Origin: Phoronis australis
Lineage: Eukaryota > Animalia > Phoronida
DNA length: 32,416 bases
Assembly (NCBI GenBank): GCA_002633005.1
Contig: NMRA01000114.1
Span: 707,245-739,660, forward strand
Direction of reading: 5' to 3'
Shown: one piece after another, positions 11,533-22,469 of the stretch
Layout: the number at the start of each line of letters is the position of its first letter
Numbering within the stretch: position 1 is the stretch's first letter
Translations under genes and position numbers: made by a program
Notes under the pieces: generated by a model
The model's database searches: none
What the model saw: only the letters and a program-made list of their open reading frames with translations
What the model was told of the DNA's origin: nothing

Positions 11533-12633
11533 ACTATATGAAGCTCGGGGATCGCGGGCACGAGCCCTCTGGACTGCCTGTGTAATACTTCTGCAGCCTG
11601 CTATTGCCGATATTTAGTACGGCATTTTAAGCTGTACTAATCCTTGTTGTTAAGCGGAATATGTCCTTGTCCTTCAGTAATTTTCGCATGCACCTTCCTA
11701 CGACCCTGGTTCTTTAGCAACTGTTTTATTTGTAAGTTAGTTCCACATAGACGTCTAGGCGCAAGTGGAAACAATAACTAAAACTGAATAATTCCATTAA
11801 AAAGACATACATGTAAAACTAATGCAGCTACAGTGATAAAAGGGATCTAAGACTCCTGTTTGTTCAAAACAGTTATGCGATTAATGATGCTTCTTGGCTT
11901 AATCAATCCACCAAGTTTGGCTACCCACGTGGCACTGCAATAGGGGCGGTGGCGAAATTGGTCGCTAATAAGAAGGGGATGAGGCGAAGAAATGAAGGAA
12001 GTGATACCGATATCGTCCCGACACCCCAGGTGCCGGAATCCTGTGCACGCCTCGTCGATATTTCAGAGACCGCTGACGCACGTTCCTTTATATGGTTGAC
12101 ACCGTAAAAACTGGGGCCCGTCCCAGGAAACTGGGTTAAGTTAATTTTTTTTTCAAATGGCTAACATTCGTCTTACGTTTTGAAAAAAGTTAAAACTTAA
12201 CATTAGTTTGCCTTTGAATAAAGAATTTTAGACCTCCATAGACCGNACCATGTTAATGATCATGTTGTAGCAGCTTGTTCTTTGATTACCATTATTCTTA
12301 TGAAAGAGCAACCTTTTCCCGTAAAATAAACCAAATCACACAGAATTTTGAACTTTTGAGTATTTACATGCACCATGTTAATTTGTACAGTTCTTAGAAA
12401 TTAAGGGCTAAACCAGAAGGTATACATATTTTGAGCTAATTTAAAGAAGTAGGTCACTTTCGTTTGATGGTGACTTGGCGAGAATTGCAACTTCGCTGAG
12501 AGACATTCTTCAGAAATAATAGCGTTTCAAGTGAAATTTATGTTACTAGGCCTACAATTGAGGCGTCTTAAGTCTGTTTGACTACCATAATCAGATAGGA
12601 GCTGAACACTGCCATCACTACAATCAAACTTAC

Positions 12634-12754
12634 GACTTGAATACAGCCATCGACCTCTCTGTGTCATATTTCATGAGATCAAGTCTTCTTTGGAGGTCAT
12701 TTTTCCGCGACTGCATGAAATTCCAGAACTCTTCGACCTTTGTAGTATATTGGC
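12634..12754 (-). CDS. Exon 3 copy A of F-BAR-like gene
   Basis: tctctcgtag|...|gtaagt; QYTTKVEEFWNFMQSRKNDLQRRLDLMKYDTERSMAVFK. Confidence 0.75.
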
Positions 12755-13854
12755 CTACGAGAGATTGTGAGCAGACATTTTGAAAACATTGAAAATTTAA
12801 GCCTAGTGACATGACTGGTCTTTTCAGTACCGCTGTCTACCAGGACTATATGAAGCTCGGGAATCGCGGGCACGAGCTCTCTGGACTGCCTGTGTAATAC
12901 TTCTGCAGCCTGTTATTGCCGTATTTAGTACGGCATTTTAAGCTGTACTAATCCTTGTTGTTAAGCGGAATATGTCCTTGTCCTTCAGTAATTTTCGCAT
13001 GCACCTTCCTACGACCCTGGTTCGTTAGCAACTGTTTCATTTCTAAGTTAGTTCCACATAGACGTCTAGGCGCAAGTGGAAACAATAACTAAAACTGAAT
13101 AATTTCATTAAAGGGACATAAAACTAATGCAGCTACAGGAGTGATAAAAGGGATCTAAGACTCCTCTTTGTTCAAAATAGTTATGCGATTCATGATGCTT
13201 CTTGGCTTAATCAATCCACCAAGTTTGGCTACCCACGTGGCACTGCAATAGAAGCGGTGGGGCACGTTCCTTTATATGGTTGACACCGTAAAAATTGGGG
13301 CCCGTCCCAGGAAACTGGGTTAAGTTATTTTTTTTTCAAATGGCTAACATTCGTCTTACGTTTTGAAAAAAGTTAAAACTTAACATTAGTTTGCCTTTGA
13401 ATAAAGAATTTTAGACCTCCATAGCCCGACTGCGTTTCGTAGACCATTCCTCTTTGGATTTTGAGGTAATATTTTTTGTGACATATATTGTCGCAGTAAC
13501 ACATATGATTGTCCCCACGTCAATATGTGTTGATGTTGACGGCATATATTTTCTGACTAGGTACTATTGTATATATATTACCGTCGCGGGTAACAATATA
13601 CATAGAATGCTCTGTTCGGGGTGAAGCCACGCTGTCTCCCTGTTAAACTTATTTTAACTCGCTGTCGGAATAGCCTTTTCGTTACGGCAAATCCCGATCC
13701 ACGTGGCAACTCTGTCAAGAGAGTGATTAGTTCTCACTTAAGTCCATGCTTTTCTATAAGTAAAAAGTTATAGTGCAGTGAGCAATTCAGTTTGTCTACA
13801 TCAAGTGTTACGATCAGAAACATGATTCTCTGCAATACCCGCGAATACACTCAC

Positions 13855-13988
13855 TTTCTGCCTTGCAGAGTTTCAAAGTCTTTTGCTGCCGTCTATCCAT
13901 TTCTCGTACAAGCCTGCTTACAACTTTTCCCATCTCCTTACAGCACTTCATCTCGGCTTCATAGTACTTTGCCAGGTTGTTCTGCACC
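13855..13988 (-). CDS. Exon 2 of F-BAR-like gene
   Basis: cttttcatttaaag|...|gtgagt; VQNNLAKYYEAEMKCCKEMGKVVSRLVREMDRRQQKTLKLCKAE. Confidence 0.8.
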
Positions 13989-14417
13989 CTTTAAATGAAA
14001 AGTACTTATGGGATTAACAAATCTGCATTTGGGATAATAATCTTTGCAGTACAATGAGCGAACATACCGTTAGATATTGATTTAAAACACATTTCCAAAG
14101 TTGCGTGAGTTTTGAAGTGGTACAGTGAGTGCAATAATTGTTTGTCTTGTTGATACATTGTTTCATCACAAAACATACTATATATGGAAGACTCGGTAAG
14201 GAATACGTTCGAAACAAACATACTTGTGATCAGTGCACTCAGTTTTTCAAGTTATTAGAAAAACAAGTGCACTGAACTGGTGCACAATTGTAAACAAATA
14301 AACAAAAGGTATCCCGGTAACATCTGGATCTGCGAAAAAATCAAGTTAGTCTATCAATGTCGACTATTTTCTTTGCGAAAAGCACATTGCAATGCTGGTT
14401 ATCTGCTATTTACTTAC

Positions 14418-14521
14418 TCTTTCCTGATCTTCAGATCGTTAACACGATATTGCATCACATCTTTGATGATTTCAAGTGGCAAGTTGCCGTACATACTCGA
14501 ACTTCTCTCAACTTCTGTCAT
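14418..14521 (-). CDS. First coding exon of F-BAR-like gene
   Basis: gccaaaATG (A at -3), donor ga|gtaagt; MTEVERSSSMYGNLPLEIIKDVMQYRVNDLKIRK. Confidence 0.7.
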
Positions 14522-14588
14522 TTTGGCACCATGAACGTATACCGCAATGTGAGTAACTTTAGCTATAGCGCTCTTACGAAACAATATG

Positions 14589-14712
14589 TGACGCAAATGT
14601 ACTATGACGTCAAAGCAGAGAGGCGTTCATCACATTGTTTGCTTTACTTGAGAACTACAAACGAAAAATTGATGGTTTTGACCGTGACAACCCCTCCCCC
14701 CGGCCGCCGCCC
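14589..14712 (-). promoter_or_regulatory. Candidate proximal promoter: CRE plus GC box
   Basis: Perfect TGACGTCA at 14605-14612, TGACG half-site at 14589 and GC-rich cccctcccccggccgccgccc at ~14691-14712, all 70-190 bp upstream of the ATG. Confidence 0.35.
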
Positions 14713-15032
14713 GTGTACTACATCTTCAGATAACAACCATGGTTATCGAGATGAACTATCAACGTCGTAATTTTGTTTGTTTTTTCATCAGGTTTTAACT
14801 AGTGAATATCACAGACAAAAAAATCTTACCACCCAGTCATTAGTGATTTCAACGGTTATCAGGGTGTTAAGACTGTAACCGTAGGAGAAAATGAAAAAAA
14901 AATCCGCACTTGTCACATCTGAAGCCGACCGATTAGCTACTAACTCGGAAATAAGTCTTGCAAAACACCACCCCTCATCCACAACAAACCCTTACCACTA
15001 CAGTAAATGCCAATTCCTTAAGTCTATCTTCA

Positions 15033-15196
15033 CATGCGCGCACCCAGTCTAAAATATGGGGGCTCGAATATTCCAGTATGTGGACCTTTTACGGCAAACT
15101 GAATCGGGGACTAAAAACAACAACAACAACAAAAAAACGGGTACAGACCTGTGAATTCTGCATTCTTGCCGAATTCCTGTGGACAAACTTACATGT
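15033..15196. mobile_element. MITE fragment, CATGCGCGCACCCAG family
   Basis: catgcgcgcacccagtctaaaatatgggggctcgaa matches the ends of the copies at 5919-6120 and 9945-10179; the right end is unclear. Confidence 0.55.
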
Positions 15197-15804
15197 TGTC
15201 AGTCAAGTTGGATCTCATGAATCGTGGAAACTTGTCATGTCGAGACGATCAAGCATAAAGTGTATTCCAAATATCCGTGGCAGTCAGAGACCGAAGTTCA
15301 AAATAAAACGGCCAGATCGGTAAAATTGTCGACCAGTTTAAAACTCGCCCGTCCGGCTACATAACTGAACTAATGCTGAACGTTCAATTCGCGCGCGTGC
15401 TTGACATAAGTATCCAAAAGTATCATTGGCCGTTGACAAAATACCGTAACACCCTGCATGCCAGCCGGAGTGGATGGTTGCGAAATCGAGCAGCAAATCG
15501 GTTTAGAGACCAGCATGAAAAGGGCATATACCAGCGGGCGACTTTTTGGTCGTGTCAATAGGGAAGGGTCCCCCAAATTAGCCAAAGTTTATCCTGGGAA
15601 ATCGGTGTTTTGTAGTAAGGTATACGTAATTCGCGTAGGCTATCATAGGCGGACTTTGGCAGCCACAAATGTATATACAGCAGTAAAACGTGAGGAAATA
15701 TTTACAAGTAGTTTATTACTTAACCTCGGTAATTGACCTATGGTCACTTTAAGGTACATACCCAGCTTCCTCTAACGGGTGATGTGTTGTGACCTAACGT
15801 AACA

Positions 15805-16539
15805 AACAAGAGCAACGCGGAGCGTTGAAATGCGCCCACAAATGCATCGCAAATGGTGTGCTCTTAGGGTTATTTATTTGTATCATAAAAATGGCCACTA
15901 CATGGCGCAAAAACGTAAACTCCATCCAAGAACGGGATCATGCCATATTTCATAAAATCTGTCAAGGAATTTCAGGGAAACAAAGGAAAACAGAACAAAA
16001 TGAAATTGCCACTTGTGGGCACAGCGTCCAATAGATCCGCCTGACAGTCAGTCGCTATCATCAAACGTCCTCTTCACACTGAAAACATGTAGGCCAATTT
16101 TCAAAACCATCCCCAGAATGATTTGGTTGATCGAGGGGTGAACGCCAAAAAGATTTGAAAACAACAAAAATGGCCACCAGATGGCGCAAAATAACTCAAT
16201 TCCATCCAAAAACATGATGATAGCGTCATCTCACCAATAGATGCCTATATTCAAAATTTTATGAAAATCTGTTGAGGACCTTTGAAAATACAGACTGGTA
16301 AACATAAAAACTAAAATTGCCACTAGGGGGTACACCAAAAGTTAGATCTGTCCGAAAGTCGTCGTCGTCCGTTCTCAACATCATATAAATACACTTGCTA
16401 AATTACGTAAAGATCCTGCAAACGGTTTAGGAGATACAGCGATGAGCGCAAAAAAAACACCAAAACTGCCACTAGGAGGTGCCACAGTAGTCGAACTCGT
16501 CGGAAAACCATTGTCAGCCATCCACTTCATATTAGAAAC
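15805..16539 (+). mobile_element. Non-autonomous repeat (Helentron/HINE-like) with degenerate ~150-bp internal units
   Basis: Begins aacaagag plus hairpin caacgc-gga-gcgttg; recurring aaaa(t/c)(g/t)gccacYag..ggcgc and ttt.at.aaaatctgt..agg blocks; truncated at 16540. Confidence 0.5.
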
Positions 16540-17085
16540 CATAGGCGGATTTAGGGGGGAGGCAGGGGGCCCGCCCCCTCCCCCCCCTTTGGCTGCAGCA
16601 AAAAAATAAAACAATAAGAACTTAGGGAAATGGGNTCCAGTCCAATTTCAAGTGTCAAATTCGGAACACGGCGCATTCGTAACGGAACTACGGCTAAGTA
16701 TAGGCTCTCCCGCGATATCCCAGGCGACCGGCTGTGGCGCTGTGCACTACGACTCCATTTCCGTCGTCTGCTCAGTGCTCCAAATCGTGGTGGTGCAATG
16801 GTAACGCACGCGCGCTCTATCCGCCAGGTCGTGAGTTCGAGTCTTTGATACTTGCAGTTTTTCCTGTTTGACACGTTCTCCGTGTTTTTTTTTTGCCTTT
16901 TTTCTTGGATAATACTTCAGGAATCAAGGAAAATGCTTGATTTTTTGAGGTAAAAACAGAGAAATTTCCTGGGCGGGAGGGTGGGCAAACCCCCNGCGCA
17001 TCTACAATCGTGGTTCAGTTTGCGCAAATGCTTACAGCCGGGCAAAATGTTGGGGCCCCCTTGTGATATCCTAGATCCGCCACTG
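16540..17085. mobile_element. MITE-like unit with CATAGGCGGATTTA/TAGATCCGCCACTG termini
   Basis: Inverted termini related to the 6483 family; no TSD seen; two Ns inside, so it may be a mosaic. Confidence 0.5.
16784..16850 (+). other. tRNA-derived Pol III A/B-box module (SINE head or pseudo-tRNA)
   Basis: A box TGGTGCAATGG at 16791-16801, B box GAGTTCGAGTC at 16833-16843, with tRNA-like spacing; stems too poor for a functional tRNA. Confidence 0.55.
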
Positions 17086-18632
17086 TGGCGGGGAGAGGGC
17101 TGACTGAAATTCCTATGACGAGGTGCACTCATGACAACAAAAATGGTCCTCATCACCGCACGTGGAATGGACAGAGCATGTGTGCCAACATTCGAAACTG
17201 ATGAACTTGAAAAGCGGGACATCTCAGTGGATCTAAGCCACATATGGGCAAATGGCAAGTGCCACCCAAAATAATTCGACGGCGTTTTTTTCTTTTTTTG
17301 TTTTTTTACTGAGTTGTACATCTGAAGTTTGAAAGTCAGGAATAAATCATGAAGAAAATCATAAATATATACTATAATTAAATACTTCAATTTCACCGTA
17401 TAAAAAACCTGACAGCCCGAGGCTTCAAAAAGCGTGGTAGTTGGCAAGCTACACAGAGTTTCTGGTAAATATGGCCAATCTGAAAAAGTATGGGGCTGAA
17501 GCCTGTCCATTAGATCCGTGGGGATTAGCATGAGAAGAAAACGAAGAAATAAAAAGTGCTAAATTGACCATTTTATTGTTATAAACAGCATCTATCAAAA
17601 CACAATAGCTGGGGAGGGGGATATATCCTTCTGGTTATAAAAAATGGCGGCCATCAAAAAGAATTTGACTATTTTTTCTCATATTAAGGCGCGCTGGAAT
17701 GCTGTAACCTTTACCTCAAGCACTACAACAGTCATAATCACACTCAGAGATTCAGCTTTGATCCCAGTGGTGCCGAGACATGACACTATTTTGTTCATTC
17801 ATGCCCAAACTATTTCTAAAACAATTTATAATAGTAGCCTAAACAAGTCATATGTGTTGAAAAGCTATTCTACAAGTAAGAAAAAGCGCCTATTTTGTGA
17901 AATTTCGACCAATCTTGTTCTGTCTTAATTGTATCACGAGACCAAGTCTTTTTAGTGAAAATAAAAAATGTAGCAAAATCATGGTGAGGAACACTGTAAC
18001 ATTTCTTTTTACAATACAAATTCAAAAAGATAAAAAACATAATGTGTTCTGGTCTCTACGTCTGAAAATCTAGTCGGTGGTGCGGAATGTTTGTTTTCAA
18101 AAAAGAGGATATACCCGACACGACCAAAAACAATGTGAATTTTTTATTCATCGCTTGGCAAAGATCGTGACGTTTAAAAACCTTGCACTGGCAGTACCTG
18201 CCGGCTAGCTCACAAGCGTGTGTACGACTTTTCCAACAATTGAACCGCAATGCACATTATATGGCAACATGCGGTTAGGAATGTTTTTTACGTTTTAAAC
18301 ATTTGCATGAGAGGCTACTAGAAGCAAGAAAAAGCGTGATTTTCATGAATTTTTATGTTGCATGAAACAAAAATGAAACAATGTAGCAAACTGCAACAGC
18401 TTTTTTGAGATTTATCTTGAACATTTATTGTTCGCACATGACCTAGAATGTGTTACAACACGACTGGTTAATGACACTGAGTACGTGATTTTTTTGATAT
18501 TACATGGGCGAATCACAAAGTAGTGCAAAGTAGAAATCCATACGGCTTACATTTTATCGTCTGCAAAACAAGAAAACAACCAAACGCGCGCGCCAACCAA
18601 ACAATGTCAGAATTCCAAGGTGACAAGGTTAT

Positions 18633-18771
18633 CAATGGCAGATTTAGAAGCCCCCCTAAAATTCTCTCAGATTCCATGTGGCAGTTCGGTGGTGCGAATG
18701 TCTGACGGACAAAATCCTGGTTAATACTCTACCCTGCCCCCCCCTTCCAACTAAAACTCTTGAATCCGCCC
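18633..18771. mobile_element. Second copy of the 6483-6646 MITE family
   Basis: ccctaaaattctc..cagattccat...caaaatcctgg.taatactct.ccctgcccc...atccgccc is shared with 6483-6646. Confidence 0.8.
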
Positions 18772-19089
18772 CAGTCCTGAGGGGGGGTTCCCGGCAGACA
18801 GGCACAGGGGAGGGTTTTTACGACCCCTAACAATTAAAAACGCGAGAGGGATTTTTCCGGCAGNCCCCCCCCCCCCCCCCTTAACAAAAAACGTGAGAGC
18901 GACACGAACTCGAGTGTAGAAAGTGCATGTTGAAATCCCAGTTAGAGTCTGCATGAGTCTGGACAGAAGTTCATAATCAATTATAAACTTAGCGATACCA
19001 CATTACAGTATTTACGCATTTGACATTTCGTACTCCCCCACCAAACCTTTAATTCGTTCAACGTAAATTGACCAGGTGATATACCTCTC

Positions 19090-19330
19090 GGGCTACCCGG
19101 CTCTCTACAGCGACGAATAATGAAGATTTCAAGTCTGTCCTGACTCATTGTCCATCGAAGACGACAGAGATTTGACTCTCATCAGGCCAGAGAACGATGG
19201 CTTTGGAGAGCAGGAACAGATGGCTATAGCAACTGCAGTTGCGTATACCTGGCACAACGTTGGGTACCCGTCTACCAAGCCCGAAGCAACAGCTAGATGC
19301 CGGGAATTTCTGTATCTGCGCCTTCTCAAA
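19090..19330 (-). mobile_element. hAT transposase C-terminal dimerisation-domain remnant
   Basis: YPTLCQVYATAVAIAICSCSPKPSFSGLMRVKS, then after a frameshift TMSQDRL, resembles hATC YP.L...A.TIP.SSCS.ERSFS.L.RVK..LRS.M.QDRL; a CAGTCCTGA possible terminus lies at 18772. Confidence 0.7.
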
Positions 19331-19960
19331 AGTGATCCCATGGGCAGGTCCAGATTAGGCAATTGCGGGGTCCGTAGCATATATGGAACAAGCGCGGGCC
19401 CCTGTTCAAATGCCATACAACGATTATCTCAAAGCAAAACAAACTACATGTATTTTTCACTATTGAGAGGGCAAGGCTACTAATTTAGTTTCACTTGCGC
19501 GAACAGCCTGTAAAATATGTGCGCGACTCAAAAGAGGTTATTGAATATCTGAGAAAATAATTATTTTTCTCACATGACCTGAAATGTGTTACGACACGAC
19601 TGGTTAATAACACCGAGCAGGCCTACGTAATTTTTGGATATTACATGGGAGAATCACAATGTAGTGCAAATTAGAAATCCATACGCCTTGTACATTTTAT
19701 CATTTGTAATACACTATAACAACCAAACGCGCGCCACTCAACTAGGACCCATATTCGGCGGCGTATTCCATATCCACAGTTAAAGCGTACAAGACAAATT
19801 CACCACCGTCAGTGAGTCCTCATGAAACACTTTTTTCACATCTGAAATGCTCCACAATATGAATAATTTTTTGTCCATTTTCTTTCCTTGCTCAACGTTT
19901 TCCCTCTTAGCTACTACTGCACCCCCCCCCCTCTCAACCCAGGTTATGTAATTATACTTG

Positions 19961-20588
19961 TGCTATGTAACCGCGGCACCCAGAAGCGATCTATCTGACA
20001 CACCAATAAAGCTCACAGTTGATGTGAATTTGTAAGTCATCTATGAATGGGCTCAATTATTCCGCTCTTCCCCCTAAGTCCTTTTGTGACCTTTTGGCGT
20101 CACATTGGGAACTCCATTGAAAAGAACTTGTTCATGTAGTTCGTATGCTGGGGACCTAATTTCATTTTTGGTTTGCGCTCTGTGAGACTTCGCAACAGTT
20201 AACTATGGTGGGCGTGGCCTAACTGTGTTTGTCGGCACCGCCCACTGAGCGCATCTAATAGAACAACGGGGTGTGAATGCGTGAACCCTCTTGTCACGTG
20301 ACTTTTGTATTTCCCGCCAATGAGATTCAACTGAATATTGATATTCGAACCACGAAATCACTGCTATTGATACAAGAGAGACGTGCGATTACTACTGTGA
20401 TATACGAAACCTTATTGCTACTGCTACTACGAGACCGATATATATTGTGAAAACTTTATTTCTGTTACTACTACGACATCTATATAATGTATTGTGCGGA
20501 GTGCCTGAACAAGTAAAAATGCCTTTCACAGATGACCTTAACAGCTTCTGTGGATCCATCACCCAGTAAGTACCCTGATTTTATAACA
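19961..20588 (+). mobile_element. Possible solo LTR
   Basis: TGCTAT...ATAACA ends; internal GC box, GTCACGTGAC, TTTCCCGCCAAT and AGTAAA near the 3' end; no TSD found. Confidence 0.3.
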
Positions 20589-21782
20589 TGTGTTAAGTCG
20601 ACGCTGTTTTTTCGAAAATGGTTGCCAGGCAAACACGGTAATTGACAACAAAAAGCATAACGACGTAGGCCATATGCTTGGGGTTATTTGGGGTGTGACC
20701 CTCAACAATTGTCCATTTAGTTGAGCAAAATAAACAGTTGGGTGAGGATGGAAACAGCTGAGCAAAGATGTCATTTGAGTGAGACAGTTTTGAAATGTGT
20801 AGTTGCATTTCGACTCTACGTGTTTGTGGTAAATTTACCATTCTCTTAAATGGCGGATTTTCTTATCATTATTAAGTGTTGTTGTCAACTCCTTCGTTAA
20901 TAGATCAAGACCGGATGAGCCTATTAATGTTTTTAAACCCCTAAAGCTTCGGAATTCAACATTAATGACTAAACGTTGCTTTAAGATGCAACGTTGTTAG
21001 TCATCGCTGAGTTGTTAAAACGGCAATTCTCTTTCAAAATATGTCACGTACTAGCTTGAGTTCCTGAAAAATGTCAGTGGCTCATATATTTTGATACGGC
21101 TTCATCACAAAACGTGAACCAACACAGTAGTTTTCAAGTGTTGCCCTCATAATGGAAACCAACGCAAAAATTCATTGAAAACCATGTCTAGAATACATGT
21201 TATCAACCGTGAGCATTCTACAGGTTGAAATAATCCTTTCTGACTAAAGTTTAGACGAGACATGACTACTGTTGTACCACGTCAGTGCTAAAGGAAGAAT
21301 TAATCCGGGGCTCTCAATTCTAAAATACATGAAAGACTAGGCAAAAATGCAGAAAACGAGGTCCTTTTTGTAAAGTATAAACAAGAATTAATTAAATATG
21401 GAATGATATGATTGTGTTCTGTTACAAACAATTCGGTGCTCATAGCAATATGTCTGAGAAATGTGAATCGGCTGAGTTCTATTCGATGTGCAGTTTTCGT
21501 AGCCCTGGAGTGTCCTTTTCGGCTATATCGCGATGTCAAACTCATAAACTGCACAGGTTGCAGTGTAGTCTGTAGGCTACTAGTACTGGGTCTTTCTGAC
21601 GTTGTATTGATACTGTAGAGAGAACACTTGGTTCGCAAAGATGTTGACATGGCTAAAATTGTTCACTGTCCGCAATTTTCTTTGTTTGTTTCAAAGCTAA
21701 CCAATCACTTTTGTGTTACACAAATACAAAAATTTTTATTTAATGTAAATCTTCGATGGTTTCAGTTCAGATTGTCACATAG

Positions 21783-21970
21783 GATACATGACAGCGTTTT
21801 CCCGTTCAGTTTCAACTTTACCAGACGAGGGGGGTTCTGAGCGTGTGATACATGACAGCGTTTTCCCGTTCAGTTTTAACTTTACCAGACGAGGGGGGTT
21901 CTGAGCGTGTGATACATGACAGCGTTTTCTCGTTCAGTTTCAACTTTACCAGACGAGGGGGGTTCTGAGC
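21783..21970 (+). repeat. 64-bp minisatellite, ~3 near-identical copies
   Basis: gatacatgacagcgttttc... starts at 21783, 21847 and 21911. Confidence 0.95.
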
Positions 21971-22469
21971 CTATAACATCTAGCTTGTTTCTTAACTACC
22001 AAGCACAGTCTTTTGTCTGTTATGACAACAGTTAGGTCAATTATCTACCAGGCTTGTTACAGACCACGTGTGAACACCGTCAAACCCAGAGCGAATTTCG
22101 TCATTCAGAAAGCATAGATTATCGTAACTTCGGTTGCAGTTGGGCGATTTTGACGATTCAAAAACTAAGCATGGTCACCATTAGATGAAGATGTCAGAAA
22201 TGCTATTGGTTTATGTTCAAATATGTTATAACTTAACTTTTACTTTTAACAGCGCAGCCCAGTCAGGCTAGATACGATCTTTTTGAAGATTAGAGCAATT
22301 ATCGAACTAAAGAGATCTGGCCCTCCTACCGTACCATGAATGCCAGAATGGGGTTAATTAGTCGTGTAAGATATTGGCTACAGGGGTAAATTTCCCAACT
22401 TGTTGGGCTATAGAATCGAACAAGTTGGGAACAACGGGAAAACACCATCATGAATCTGATGTAGATCTT

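Larger units (their letters stand above)
10797..13423. repeat. Tandem duplication: copy 1 10797-12245, copy 2 12247-13423, joined at an N
   Basis: Both start accatgttaatgatcatgttgtag and end agacctccatag; scattered substitutions plus two large indels; N at 12246. Confidence 0.95.
7689..14521 (-). pseudogene. 7-exon gene for a divergent F-BAR (Fer/Fes-like) coiled-coil protein with S/P-rich tail; two premature stops
   Basis: join(14521-14418,13988-13855,12754-12634 or 11288-11168,9826-9723,9523-9231,8896-8793,8106-7689). All introns are GT-AG, phases 2,1,2,1,0,2 are compatible, total 1278 nt = 426 codons. Internal TGA at 9792-9790 and TAA at 9314-9312. Confidence 0.7.
18430..19738 (+). repeat. 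Dispersed direct repeat of ~170 bp (18430-18595 and 19566-19738)
   Basis: cacatgacct..aatgtgttac.acacgactggttaat...agaaatccatacg...caaccaaacgcgcgcca occurs in both. Confidence 0.85.

Noticed and set aside
16784-16850. Functional tRNA gene
   Set aside because: The acceptor, anticodon and T stems do not pair adequately
16917-17531. 204-aa minus-strand ORF
   Set aside because: Crosses MITE ends, poly-A/T runs and an N; no recognisable motif
21300-21840. ORF cluster as a possible exon
   Set aside because: No recognisable domain or phase-compatible partner exons
21783-21970. CRISPR array
   Set aside because: Contiguous 64-bp units with no unique spacers, no cas genes and a eukaryotic context
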